This document shows, one piece after another, positions 35,038 to 44,317 of a stretch of DNA of 45,571 bases (position 1 is the first letter of the stretch; every line of letters begins with the position of its first letter). The position numbers and the translations under genes were made by a program. This DNA comes from a virus (Duplodnaviria; Caudoviricetes): IMG/VR virus record IMGVR_UViG_3300048578_000448, positions 1 to 45,571 of that record; one strand, given 5' to 3'. The notes under the pieces are model-generated. The model made no database searches, had not been told where the DNA came from, and was given only the letters and a program-made list of their open reading frames with translations.

Positions 35038-35409
35038 TCACCCTCCTTTCGTGGCGTTGATCGGGCATTGCCGGCAGGCGTTCATCATGCGGGTGCGCAG
35101 GCTGCTGGTGGCCTTGAAGTCCTTCTCCTTCTCCCGCCAGTCGAGGCATTGAGCGAGCGACAGCTTGCCCAACTCCGGGCAGTGTACGGTGGCCGCCATA
35201 AGGGTGGCGCGCACGCGGGTCTCAATCTTGTCGAGCGGCGCGTTGTACTTGCGGCGGATCACATAGGTGATGGACGCCGCGGAGTATCCGACCTGTGCGG
35301 CAGTCTTCTTCAGCCCGATCTCGTCGGCACGATCGGCGAGCACCCGGACCCAGTCCGGCAGCTGCTCCGCCCAGGCGGCGATGGCGTTCTTCACATGGAG
35401 ATCCGTCAT
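35038..35409 (-). CDS. Mu-like early HTH/Cys-containing regulator
   Basis: PDWV..LA, A.QVGYSAA.I..V...KY, V.CP.LG, ACRQCP.N. Confidence 0.75.
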   Translation of the reverse strand: MTDLHVKNAIAAWAEQLPDWVRVLADRADEIGLKKTAAQVGYSAASITYVIRRKYNAPLDKIETRVRATLMAATVHCPELGKLSLAQCLDWREKEKDFKATSSLRTRMMNACRQCPINATKGG

Positions 35410-36044
35410 TTGCCACCTGCCTTCGTTGCCTCTACGGCTTCCGGCCCCATCACCACCTTGCGGTTAGGGTCGAAGACGAAGTCGGTCGATTGAATCTGTG
35501 GCGCCAATGGCCCGGTGTTCATAGAGCGCAGGAGCTTGTAGACCGCCCGGCAGCGTCGCGGCCCGCTGCCCGTCATGGGCGACAGAACGACGAGATAGCC
35601 AGCGTGCAGCAGGTGCTTGATGTAGGACTTGGCAGTTTCGAGCGTCACGGCGGTTTCCGGCGTGGTGGAATGCGCCGCCAGATCCCGTGCGGTGAAGCGC
35701 GGCAGCATCTTCATCGACCGCCACATCTGGTCTTGCCCGCGACCAGGCGACTTGCCAGGCGACCCGTCACGTTTCAGGCACGGCGCATTCGGCTGGTCTT
35801 TGGCCAGGCGATAGAGCGTCGTCTTCGCCGTGCGTCCCGCCTCCACAATGAAGCCGGCCTTCAGCAGACGCCGGAGAAAGTCATGGACGGTGCTGGTGCT
35901 GACATTGCTGCACTGGTCGACCTCACTGAAGGTCCACGTCTTCTTGTGCCGATGTAGCCCCCGGATGATCTCCCAGAAGCCCTGCTGACCTCGCGGCACG
36001 CGCGCCGTCAGCTGCACCATGATTTCGGAGGGATGGCGCGACAT
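35406..36044 (-). CDS. Conserved Mu-like protein downstream of MuB (tandem winged helix)
   Basis: QMWRSMKML..FT..DL, Y...L..AGYL, NTGP.AP, VFDPN. Confidence 0.78.
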   Translation of the reverse strand: MSRHPSEIMVQLTARVPRGQQGFWEIIRGLHRHKKTWTFSEVDQCSNVSTSTVHDFLRRLLKAGFIVEAGRTAKTTLYRLAKDQPNAPCLKRDGSPGKSPGRGQDQMWRSMKMLPRFTARDLAAHSTTPETAVTLETAKSYIKHLLHAGYLVVLSPMTGSGPRRCRAVYKLLRSMNTGPLAPQIQSTDFVFDPNRKVVMGPEAVEATKAGGK

Positions 36045-36793
36045 TAGCGCGCCCTCCGCGCCGGCATGGCGCCCGTGAAGATCGGCCGGGTGCCCCAAAG
36101 GGATCGGTCGATCTTCTTCCAGCCCTCAAGAGTGGCCTCCTCGCGGATACGGTCCAGGTTGACGGCGATGCGGCGCGTGTTGCCGCCCGTCTTTTCCACG
36201 ATGACGCCGAGAAGGTCCGCTTCAATCGTAAGTCCGGCCGCGTAGACCTGCGCCAGGACGCTGGCATCCTTCAAGTCGCAGGGCTGGGATTGAACCCAGT
36301 TCAGCACGCGGTTATGGAACCGCTCCCACTGCTGCAGCTTATAGGGCAGCTGCTCTTCACCGATGAGGACGATCGCCGCCTGCGACTTGTCGTGGATCTC
36401 CCGAATATTCTCGACATACTTCCGGTTAACGACGTGGTCGAACTCGTCGATGATGAGCGGCCGCTGCGTTTCGGAGAGGTGCGAGATGATGTTTTCAATC
36501 ATCGTCGCGATCGTGCCGCGCGCCGGAATGCCCAGCTCGGTCGAGAGAGACTGACAGAATTTCGCGAGGGTCCAGCTCGACCCGACCTCGATGTAATAAG
36601 CCTCGTGCCGGTGAGCACCTAAGGCCGCCGATGAGGTCTTGCCGTCGCCAGAGAAGCCGGTGAAGGCTCCCATGCTCGGCAAATTCCGATGGCGCGACGT
36701 CACGCGATCGAGCAGCTCGTCGAACAGCACACAATTGGTGAGCGGTGCCAGTGAGCCTGGCTGGGGATTGACGCTCGCGCTTGTTTTGGTCAT
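36044..36793 (-). CDS. MuB-like AAA+ transposition ATPase
   Basis: Walker A GFSGDGKT, Walker B LIIDEFD, LIGEE; follows the transposase. Confidence 0.92.
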   Translation of the reverse strand: MTKTSASVNPQPGSLAPLTNCVLFDELLDRVTSRHRNLPSMGAFTGFSGDGKTSSAALGAHRHEAYYIEVGSSWTLAKFCQSLSTELGIPARGTIATMIENIISHLSETQRPLIIDEFDHVVNRKYVENIREIHDKSQAAIVLIGEEQLPYKLQQWERFHNRVLNWVQSQPCDLKDASVLAQVYAAGLTIEADLLGVIVEKTGGNTRRIAVNLDRIREEATLEGWKKIDRSLWGTRPIFTGAMPARRAR

Positions 36794-36860
36794 TCTTGCC
36801 TCGTTGCTTTTGCTTGCACATGGGCGGTCGGTCCCTGCCAGGGCCGCCGCCCGCTCCGTT

Positions 36861-38996
36861 TCAGGCACCAAGACCATCGGCCTGGACCTGCTCGAACCCT
36901 TCCAATTCCTTCTTCTGCCGCATGCGGGCGCGATACTCCGGCGTCTCGCGGTACCGCTGCAGCCACTCGACCTCGCTGTCGCCGGCTTCACCACCCGTGG
37001 CCAAGGCCAGTTCCAATTTCATCGCTCGTTCAAAGCGGGCATCGGCATCACTGACCTGCGGTGCCGGCGTGGCGGCATTGGGCGACCGAAACACCGCGAT
37101 CTCGGCGTCGCGTCGCGCTTCCAGAGACGGCATCAGGCCGCGCGATGGCTGGCGCTTGAGGTCATGTACGGGTCGCACGAGTTGAACGACGGAGGCTTCC
37201 GGCGTCTCGGCAGGTACCGGCGACGGAACCATGGCGGCGACGGTGGCCGGCGACATGCGCCGCTCGGCGTCAAGCATGTCGCGCTGCGCACGCAGCCACC
37301 GCTTGCGCTGGCGCCCATGCTCGCGGGCCGCATCCGCATCGGCGAACCCTGCTGGGTCGATGACGGGCGCATGGCCGAGATAGGCGCCGTCCATTCGATA
37401 AATGTGCAGCCCGTCATGCAGGAAATCGGGATCGAAGCGGGCGGCAACTGTTTCGCCGAGATGGAGATGAAGGAAATCGGCCCAATACCGGTTGCCCATC
37501 AGCTTGACGGATCCGTCGCGGCTTGACACCGACACACCTTCCGCCGCCAGCAGCCAGAGCCGCCGCTGCTCGTCGGTGGCCCTTTGGATTGGCGCCTTCA
37601 GATATGACGCCGTGAAGGCGGCATCGAACGACATGGTGCCACCGCACACTCTGCTCTGCCGGCCGGGCCGGGCATTGTGCTCGATGATCTCGTCGCGGAT
37701 GACGGCGACGAATTCTTCCAGTGGAATCGCGCGGCTGCGGTAGTTCTCCGGCTTGTCGGTCGGGTTGTTGCCGGTATAGGCGCCGGCAAAGGCCGGGTGC
37801 TTGGCGATGTTCTGCGCGCAATCGCGGAACGCGCGTTCAATCGGCTTTGACTGGCCGCTATAGGGTTGGGTCCAATGGACCTCAACGAGCAGCTGAGTGA
37901 GAATGCCGGCCGGATCCTCTTCCCGTACCGTGAAGCGATATCGGGTGGAGGTGCCGCCCGTGAACCATTTGTTGGCAAACTCGCGACCGTTATCGAGCCA
38001 GCACCGTTTCGGCACCCCGAACGCTTCAACGAGATCGCCGAAGGCAAGGCGTACCGCGCCACCGTTCATCGTGCGATCGATGCGCCAGGAGAGGATCTTG
38101 CCGGAATAGAGATCCTGAAACGCCGTCATGCACGGGCGGGCGACCTCGCCATCGGGCCACAGCACCCAGATATCCCAGCGATGGCCATCGGCATTGACCG
38201 CTTCCAGGGCGTGGAAGATCGACCGGTCACGCTCCTGCGCCGGGTACATGCGCTTGACGGCCTCGGCGCCTTCGCGGGCGAGCGTCACCACCGCGCGCGG
38301 GATGAGGGTCTCGATCCGGCGCAGCATGGTGCGCTCCGACGGCATGTCCCAGCCCCGCGCCTCGGCGGCACGTTGCGTGCGCCGATAACAATCGCTGAAG
38401 TTGGGCTGCTCGGGGCGCAGATAGTCCGATCGGATCATGTCCCAGGCATCGGGATGACATTCGATCGAGACCGTCCGACCGACATGGCGCGGCGCCAGAG
38501 CCGGCAACCAATCGCAACGCTCGTGGCGTTCGATCATCTGCAGCCAGGTGTAAAGGGTCGATGCACCGATCTGGTAATGGGCGGCGATCGCGGAAACCGC
38601 CAGATCCTTGGCCATTCCGGATTGATAGAGCGTCATCACCGCCTCGACGATCTCCAGGCGGTACCGCGCCTTGCTCTTCTTCGTCTCCGGCAGCTGCTCG
38701 AACCAGGCCCACAGCTCGGCGCGGCTCAACTCGTTGCGCTGCACGGCCTCCGGCGCCGGCACCTTGGGAGACAGCAGCAGCGTCAATGCGATGTGGGCAG
38801 CGGTTGGCAAAGCTGAAATGTGATACTCGACGCCGCCGCCACGGCCCTCGCGCTTGCGCTCTGTCCACTTCTCGGCGGCCGCGCGTTTGTTGATGCCGCG
38901 CTCCGTTGCCGGCAGGCCCGGCAAGCGGTATCCAGCCAGATCTGCGGCCGAGAACCATTCTTTCCCCATGGCGGCCGTCATTCCCCCGTCAGCCAT
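36861..38996 (-). CDS. MuA-like DDE transposase (start may be 38981 or 38969)
   Basis: N-terminal Mu-type DNA-binding domain (EWFSAADL..LPGLP, GRGGG.EY); catalytic ADGH, LDNGREF, KPIERAF. Confidence 0.95.
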   Translation of the reverse strand: MADGGMTAAMGKEWFSAADLAGYRLPGLPATERGINKRAAAEKWTERKREGRGGGVEYHISALPTAAHIALTLLLSPKVPAPEAVQRNELSRAELWAWFEQLPETKKSKARYRLEIVEAVMTLYQSGMAKDLAVSAIAAHYQIGASTLYTWLQMIERHERCDWLPALAPRHVGRTVSIECHPDAWDMIRSDYLRPEQPNFSDCYRRTQRAAEARGWDMPSERTMLRRIETLIPRAVVTLAREGAEAVKRMYPAQERDRSIFHALEAVNADGHRWDIWVLWPDGEVARPCMTAFQDLYSGKILSWRIDRTMNGGAVRLAFGDLVEAFGVPKRCWLDNGREFANKWFTGGTSTRYRFTVREEDPAGILTQLLVEVHWTQPYSGQSKPIERAFRDCAQNIAKHPAFAGAYTGNNPTDKPENYRSRAIPLEEFVAVIRDEIIEHNARPGRQSRVCGGTMSFDAAFTASYLKAPIQRATDEQRRLWLLAAEGVSVSSRDGSVKLMGNRYWADFLHLHLGETVAARFDPDFLHDGLHIYRMDGAYLGHAPVIDPAGFADADAAREHGRQRKRWLRAQRDMLDAERRMSPATVAAMVPSPVPAETPEASVVQLVRPVHDLKRQPSRGLMPSLEARRDAEIAVFRSPNAATPAPQVSDADARFERAMKLELALATGGEAGDSEVEWLQRYRETPEYRARMRQKKELEGFEQVQADGLGA

Positions 38997-39463
38997 CAGC
39001 GCGGCCCTTTCCAGGCGCGGCGTTGCGCCTTTCGCTGGTCCTGTAGCTCTTCGATCTTGTCGGTAAGCATCGCGTCACGGATGGCCGGCACATATCGGTT
39101 CTCGACGACCGAAAGCCCGAAGGGCGCAGCGAGCGCCTGCAGCAGGCGCTGCGCATCGCCGGTCGCATCCGCCAGCGCCAGGAACCGCGTGATACTGATG
39201 AAATGATCTTCGCGTGCTGGGCTCGCGTAGGCATCGAGCATGTGCCGCGTGACCTTCTCACCGAGAAATAGGCCCATGCTGCTGGCGACCGCATCACGGT
39301 TAAGCTCGCTATCCCGAAGGGCGGCGCCAACCGCAAGTGCTACTCGCGTCTTGATGTTCGCGGCTCTGACGTCGACCTCTTCGAATTCCTGCGTCACTTC
39401 TGGGGGTGTCCAGTCAGCGAGGAGATCGAGTGTGCGCGAGTCTTTGCGTTGCCGGGCCATCAC
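38996..39463 (-). CDS. Conserved Mu-like early DNA-binding protein
   Basis: R..VA..M..FLGE.VT..MLDAYAS.AR.DH.IS..RF.AL motif upstream of the transposase. Confidence 0.72.
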   Translation of the reverse strand: MMARQRKDSRTLDLLADWTPPEVTQEFEEVDVRAANIKTRVALAVGAALRDSELNRDAVASSMGLFLGEKVTRHMLDAYASPAREDHFISITRFLALADATGDAQRLLQALAAPFGLSVVENRYVPAIRDAMLTDKIEELQDQRKAQRRAWKGPR

Positions 39464-39702
39464 CCTTGCTCCTTCTCTGCCCTGTCGCAGGCCCGCAGCA
39501 GATCGTGGGCGAAGTTCCGCACGTCGCCGACGGTCATGTAGGTGAGGAGGCGCGGGCCGCCGAACACAGCGCGCGTGGCGACATGGAACATGGGCAGTGC
39601 CCGAGACCCCACCAGCCGAAATTCGAGGCCACCGGCGATGTTATCGGCAGGTGCTGCGTGGCCCACGGCCAGTTCGTCATCAGGGAAGGCGGCGTGCCTC
39701 AT
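39460..39702 (-). CDS. Hypothetical protein
   Basis: ATGA overlaps on both sides. Confidence 0.5.
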   Translation of the reverse strand: MRHAAFPDDELAVGHAAPADNIAGGLEFRLVGSRALPMFHVATRAVFGGPRLLTYMTVGDVRNFAHDLLRACDRAEKEQG

Positions 39703-39923
39703 GACCGCCCCCCTTCCCAACCATGAACCTGCAGGCAAGCCTGTGCGGCTTCTTCAATGCCGGCAAACTCGCCGAGGAAGCTGCCGGCATGCCAGGCGCC
39801 GAACTTGCCCGGGCCGGCGCGCTCGATGACGCCGGCATTTTTCCCGCTGCCATCGGCGACCATCCAGCAGGCGCCAGGGCGGTCCGCATGTTGCGAGAGC
39901 TGGGATGTCTTGACGCCGCTCAT
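39699..39923 (-). CDS. Hypothetical protein
   Basis: Start MSGVKT overlapping the ParB stop (ATGA). Confidence 0.5.
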   Translation of the reverse strand: MSGVKTSQLSQHADRPGACWMVADGSGKNAGVIERAGPGKFGAWHAGSFLGEFAGIEEAAQACLQVHGWEGGRS

Positions 39924-40747
39924 TCCGCAGCCGCCTTGACCGCGCGACGGCCGTCCTGGGTGTTGAGGAATTCGCGGAACTGGCGGCGCTCTGCAGCAGT
40001 CGCCTTGTTCCAGACCGTTACCAATCGAGCGAAGCCGTCGACCTTCTTCGGCTTGCGGCCGGCGATCGCATCGAGCGCATCCCTGACCGATGCCCATTTG
40101 GGCTCTTTGGCGAGCAGGCCCGAGATCGCCTTCTTCTGCTCGGCCGGCGTCAGTTTCGAGAGAGCGATAAGATCGGCTTGTTTATGGGTCAGCGCGGTGC
40201 CAGCGATGGCATTGCGGGTTTCGGCAGTGAGGCCTTGGGCGATCGCGACCGACAGGCGGATGGTGCGGTCGGTAAGGCCGCATTTCTCTGCCGTCTCCTT
40301 GGCGAACGACCAAACGGAAATGTTTTCCGTTTGATCCTGAGCGTCTTTGGACCGGCGATCGCCACCGCGCTTCGTTTCCGGGTGCAGCTTCTCCCAGATC
40401 GCCTTGCGTTCGGCGAGGAAGACGGCACGGTCAAGCGGATTGAGTTCGTGCCGGACCAGGTTCTCGTCAATCTCGGCGATCCGCGCCTCTTCATCGGTGG
40501 CATTCGTCACCTCGGCGCGGATCTTCGGCAGCTTCAGGATGTCGCGTACCGCATACAGCCGGTGCGCGCCGAAGGTCAGCTTGAAGCGGCCATTCTTGCC
40601 TGTACGGATCTCGATCGGCGTGCGAAGTCGACCCGATTCCTTGATGTTCTCGGCGATGAGCTGGGCGTGAGGGATGCTGATGGGCCGCAACCGCTCGCCC
40701 ATGTCGATCTTGGAGACGTCAATCTCCTGAGTGCCAAGGGTGCTCAT
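39920..40747 (-). CDS. ParB N-terminal domain protein (phage early operon)
   Basis: RLRP, GRLRTPIEI, FGAHRL.A, EIDENL.R.EL, HPETKRGG, central HTH. Confidence 0.88.
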   Translation of the reverse strand: MSTLGTQEIDVSKIDMGERLRPISIPHAQLIAENIKESGRLRTPIEIRTGKNGRFKLTFGAHRLYAVRDILKLPKIRAEVTNATDEEARIAEIDENLVRHELNPLDRAVFLAERKAIWEKLHPETKRGGDRRSKDAQDQTENISVWSFAKETAEKCGLTDRTIRLSVAIAQGLTAETRNAIAGTALTHKQADLIALSKLTPAEQKKAISGLLAKEPKWASVRDALDAIAGRKPKKVDGFARLVTVWNKATAAERRQFREFLNTQDGRRAVKAAAE

Positions 40748-40896
40748 GCCAGCCACTCTCCGATGGTGGTGGCGATGCCTGCGAGGCCAAGGACACAGGC
40801 AAATTTGAGACGCCCGAGCGGCGTCAATCCTGCCGTCAGGGCGACGAGAGATAGGCCGAACAGTACTTGCGGCAGTGAAATGACGACCTGGATCAT
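40744..40896 (-). CDS. 50-aa hydrophobic membrane peptide (absent from the ORF track)
   Basis: MIQVVISLPQVLFGLSLVALTAGLTPLGRLKFACVLGLAGIATTIGEWLA; GGAGG SD and ATGA overlaps at both ends. Confidence 0.6.
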   Translation of the reverse strand: MIQVVISLPQVLFGLSLVALTAGLTPLGRLKFACVLGLAGIATTIGEWLA

Positions 40897-41090
40897 GACC
40901 GCACCCTCCGCGCCAGGGCGGCCGCTAGTGTGGCCGGAGCAGCGCCGAGGCCGGTGCCAACGGCGATTGCAACCCGTTTCAATGGAGACTTGCCGGCTGG
41001 GGCAGGCTCGACGCCACGGGCGACATTCAGGCGAGCGTCCAGGTCGTTGCCAGGCACCGGGGCTTCCGGTGTCAAATCGGAGGTCTTCAT
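40893..41090 (-). CDS. Hypothetical protein
   Basis: 65 aa directly after ner. Confidence 0.5.
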   Translation of the reverse strand: MKTSDLTPEAPVPGNDLDARLNVARGVEPAPAGKSPLKRVAIAVGTGLGAAPATLAAALARRVRS

Positions 41091-41093
41091 GGT

Positions 41094-41393
41094 CTAGGCT
41101 GCCTTTGCTTTTTGACTGGTGCGCAGGCGACCGCGATCCCTATAGTTCTCCATAGGTTGCGGCCTGAATCGGGCACCGGTTTGGGGGTTGAAGCGCGACG
41201 GCCAGATCTGGTTAGGGTCGAGGCCGAGAGCGTCGGCGATGGCTTTTTCGCCGGCCTCGTGGGGATGGCGGGTGGTAATGCAGGCAATTCCCTGCTTCAG
41301 CCCGTGGGTGCGGTCGACGTCAGCAAACGTCAGCCCTTTCCGGTTCAACATGAACCGGACCCATCCCGGCGTTCGATCTCGTACTTTTGCCAT
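41094..41393 (-). CDS. ner: Ner/Nlp-family transcriptional regulator
   Basis: L.RKGLT....R..GL, GEKAIADALG..P.QIWPSRF; divergent from the repressor. Confidence 0.88.
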   Translation of the reverse strand: MAKVRDRTPGWVRFMLNRKGLTFADVDRTHGLKQGIACITTRHPHEAGEKAIADALGLDPNQIWPSRFNPQTGARFRPQPMENYRDRGRLRTSQKAKAA

Positions 41394-41410
41394 GTTCTGG
41401 TCCGACTGAG

Positions 41411-41436
41411 CCGGCCCTGCCAGGCCGGTATTTTTT
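41411..41436 (+). terminator. Intrinsic terminator-like hairpin in the immunity region
   Basis: CCGGCC-CTGCCA-GGCCGG followed by TATTTTTT. Confidence 0.5.
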
Positions 41437-41502
41437 GGGTGGTGTGTTCTAGGAACCTAGAAACGATATCGAATATATTCGAGTCGTGTAAACAGATATT
41501 CG

Positions 41503-41636
41503 AGTTCCGACTTCGAAAATCTGCGTGTTTCTGGGATGCGCCAATTTATTGGTGTATTTCAATGGCTAACAAGAAGTCAGAACTGACACAGGGCGCAGGT
41601 AAGGCAGTTCCGAGTTCGCAAGCGGAACTCGGAACT
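41503..41636. promoter_or_regulatory. Putative operator repeats AGTTCYGASTT (4 copies)
   Basis: 41503-41513, 41574-41584 (inverted), and a 12-bp perfect inverted pair 41606-41617 / 41625-41636. Confidence 0.55.
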
Positions 41637-42110
41637 CGCATAAGTGCGGTGATTGATTTGTACCCCCGGAAGATGGACGCCGCCGAGGTGGCCGGCGTCA
41701 CGGTCGAGCAGCTAAAACGCTACGTCCGTGACCAGAGCGTGCCGCCATTTGACGTCCTGGCGAGGTTGGCGGGTCCTAAGGGGGTGAATCTCAACTGGCT
41801 TGCCGACGGCAAGGGGCCAATGTTCGAAGCGGCGGCAGCTACCCGCAGCATGCCTTATCGCGATGCCTGGGAAGAAGAGCTTGTCGGCCGAATTTCAGAC
41901 GGTATCGCAAGGGTTTACAAGGAAGAAGGCGCCAAGCTTGCTCCGGTCGACCAAGGCCGGCTGATTGCTCGAATTGCTGGCAAGCTGACGACCACCTACG
42001 ACGACCAGGCGGAGCGACTTATTGGGCTAAAACTGGCCTTGGAGGAGGTCCGGGCGGACCTTCGGAAAGCCCCTCTCGCTGAAGCCCCGTCTAGCAAACG
42101 CTCGGCCTAA
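41562..42110 (+). CDS. Prophage repressor (XRE-type HTH, no S24 peptidase domain)
   Basis: AAEVAGVTVEQLKRY...PPFDVLARLA...GVNLNWLADGKGPM; divergent from ner at the prophage end. Confidence 0.85.
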   Translation: MANKKSELTQGAGKAVPSSQAELGTRISAVIDLYPRKMDAAEVAGVTVEQLKRYVRDQSVPPFDVLARLAGPKGVNLNWLADGKGPMFEAAAATRSMPYRDAWEEELVGRISDGIARVYKEEGAKLAPVDQGRLIARIAGKLTTTYDDQAERLIGLKLALEEVRADLRKAPLAEAPSSKRSA

Positions 42111-42190
42111 GGCTAGTCCCCCCGGCTCGAATACCACCAGTAGGTGAGGAAAATTGCAACCGATTACCCGCTATGCGCGAACCTGGGTTT

Positions 42191-42387
42191 ACTCCAGCTT
42201 CAAGTGGCGACGATTGCAAAAATGACCCCGACTCTAGATTCAAAGCGCCGGAGCCGCCGCCGAGGTGTCACCGTTCAACGATCGCAAAAAACGCCCGTTT
42301 TTTCCGTGCTTTATCCGGGGCCGTCCGGGGAGATCCGGGTTAATCCGGCCTTTCGGCCTTCACTCTAGGTTCAAGTGGCAGTCAACA
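42191..42387. repeat. Prophage end with three transposase-binding-like repeats (L3, L2, L1) and TG terminus
   Basis: ACTCCAGCTTCAAGTGGC 42191-42208, ACTCTAGATTCAAAGCGC 42231-42248, ACTCTAGGTTCAAGTGGC 42362-42379, then ...GTCAACA at 42387. Confidence 0.75.
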
Positions 42388-43929
42388 CACGCGGAGCAGG
42401 TTGCTCTTCGATCCCATGATGCGGACCTCGCCGCGATCGACCTCGACCCGCTGCGCCAAGGCGCGAAGATGGTCGCGGCGATAGCCGCCGCCTTCCGTGC
42501 GGATGCGCCGCCGCGCCGTTGACGCGAACTTTCGCAACGTGGCCGGCGTGATGGCCTGCTGCGTCGAGTTGAGCAGGAGGGCCGAGGCCCGCTCGGCATC
42601 CGCCCGCGCCTGATCGCGAGTCGCCTTCAAGGCGACGATGCGATCCCTGAGCGCCGGATCGTCCAAATCGGCGACGCCGCTTTCGATCGCGTCGTAGAGC
42701 CGTTTCAGGCGCAGCTCGGTCTCGGCGGATCGCCGGTTCAATTCCGCGATATGCTCGCGGCGCCGGTCGCTGCGCTCCTGTCGACGATCCAGAACCTCGG
42801 CTAGTACATCCTCCAGCCGGTCGGGATCGAGCAGCCGGTCGGCCAGATAGTTTGCGACCAGATCGTCCAGCCGCTCCATCGAAACCGTCATGCCCTCGCA
42901 GGCGGTCGCGCCCTGCCGCGCCTTCATCGAACAGGTGTAATAGCGATAGCGCCCACCCTTCCCGGTGCGAATCGTCATCGCGCCGCCGCACTTCCCGCAA
43001 TGGATCAGGCCCGTCAGCAGCGTCGGGCCACCGACGACCTGCGGATGGGCGACCTTCGGGTTGCGCGCCTTGAAATGTGCCTGCACCGCATCGAACGTGG
43101 CCTGGTCGATGATCGCCGGAACCTCGACCGCGATCACTTCCTCGGAGGGCTTCAATTCCTTGCTCTTGCCGCGCTTGTTGAACTCGTGGCGGCCGATATA
43201 GGTCGGCCGGGTCAGCATCCGATGAACCGTGCCGATGCCCCAGCGGCCGCCGTCGCGCGTGAAGATACGGCGCTCGTTGAGATGCTTGGTGATCGACTTC
43301 ACGCCCATCGGGCCGGATGTGCCGTCGCCTTCCAGCGCCAGCTTGAACGCCAGCCGCACCGTGTCGGCGTGGATCGGGTCGATCTCCAGCTTCTTCTTCA
43401 TCTTCGCGCCGCGTTGCTCGGCATCGACCACGCGATATCCGATCGGCGGCAGCGAGCCGTTCCAGAAGCCTTGCCGGGCATTTTCCTTGAGCGCGCGAAG
43501 GACGTGCTTCGCATTCTCCTTCGACTGATATTCGTCGAACAGCGCCATGATCTGACGCATCATGACGTGCATCGGATCGTCGCCCATTTCCTGCGTGATC
43601 GACAACAGCTTGACGCCGTTCTTGGCGAGCTTGCGAACGTAGAACTCCAGTTCGAAGTGATCGCGGAAGAAGCGCGAGAAGCTGTGGACCACCACTACGT
43701 CGAACGACGCGGGCTTGCTGGTCCCGGCCTCGATCATGCGCTGGAACTCGGGCCGCCGGTCGTTCGTCGCCGATGCGCCGGCCTCGACGAAGGTATCGAC
43801 CAGCTCCAGTCCCCGCGACAGGCAATAGGCTTCGCCCTGCTTGCGCTGATCGGGGATCGACACGTCATGCTCGGCCTGCCGCGCCGTTGAAACGCGCAGG
43901 TAAAGGGCGGCGCGCAGCGGCACGGTCAT
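42382..43929 (-). CDS. Large serine recombinase of an integrative element, 3' end interrupted by the prophage
   Basis: YLRVST, RPEFQRM, HSFSRFFR, recombinase domain, zinc ribbon (C.KCG...YY.C), coiled coil; the stop codon is supplied by prophage end sequence. Confidence 0.9.
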   Translation of the reverse strand: MTVPLRAALYLRVSTARQAEHDVSIPDQRKQGEAYCLSRGLELVDTFVEAGASATNDRRPEFQRMIEAGTSKPASFDVVVVHSFSRFFRDHFELEFYVRKLAKNGVKLLSITQEMGDDPMHVMMRQIMALFDEYQSKENAKHVLRALKENARQGFWNGSLPPIGYRVVDAEQRGAKMKKKLEIDPIHADTVRLAFKLALEGDGTSGPMGVKSITKHLNERRIFTRDGGRWGIGTVHRMLTRPTYIGRHEFNKRGKSKELKPSEEVIAVEVPAIIDQATFDAVQAHFKARNPKVAHPQVVGGPTLLTGLIHCGKCGGAMTIRTGKGGRYRYYTCSMKARQGATACEGMTVSMERLDDLVANYLADRLLDPDRLEDVLAEVLDRRQERSDRRREHIAELNRRSAETELRLKRLYDAIESGVADLDDPALRDRIVALKATRDQARADAERASALLLNSTQQAITPATLRKFASTARRRIRTEGGGYRRDHLRALAQRVEVDRGEVRIMGSKSNLLRVC

Positions 43930-43947
43930 GGTAGCGAACTCCTCACA

Positions 43948-44202
43948 TCATTGGCACGGCCCGAACAGCTCGTCGAAAACGTCGCCGAACCATGCCTCGA
44001 ACACATCCACTTCCGCACTCGTGACCGGCACGCGCTCGGGCCAGTCGTCGGTGACGGTCCAGGTCGAAAGATCGTCCTTCGGGCTTTTCCCCGCGCAAGG
44101 ACGGAGGCTGCCGACCGGCAGCGTGGCATAGTCGAACAGGTCGTCCGGGCATTCGGCCCGGCGACGATGGGGGCGACGATGGACTTTGCGGGCAAGGGCC
44201 AT
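43948..44202 (-). CDS. Small conserved protein upstream of the recombinase
   Basis: WTVTDDWPERVPVT.AEVDVFEAWFGD.FDELFG. Confidence 0.65.
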   Translation of the reverse strand: MALARKVHRRPHRRRAECPDDLFDYATLPVGSLRPCAGKSPKDDLSTWTVTDDWPERVPVTSAEVDVFEAWFGDVFDELFGPCQ

Positions 44203-44317
44203 CCCGACAGGCTGCTTCGCGCTCGCGCCTCATGCAAAGCCTCTGTCGCGGCGAAGCGCAGATAGGGGCGAAGGGCGGCGCGCTGCATCGTAGCGTTCGA
44301 TGCGGCCGGCCTCATCG

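Larger units (their letters stand above)
1..42387 (-). mobile_element. Mu-like transposable prophage with siphovirus-type tail; distal end outside the window
   Basis: Mu gene order: repressor/ner/A/B/gemA/mor-C/lysis/terminase/portal/F/I/T/gp36/G/gp37/tail/com-methylase. Abrupt junction into a serine recombinase at ~42387 with TG terminus and repeats. Confidence 0.95.

Noticed and set aside
41112-41561. N-terminal extension of the repressor ORF (332 aa)
   Set aside because: Overlaps ner and the promoter region; the ATG at 41562 is more plausible.
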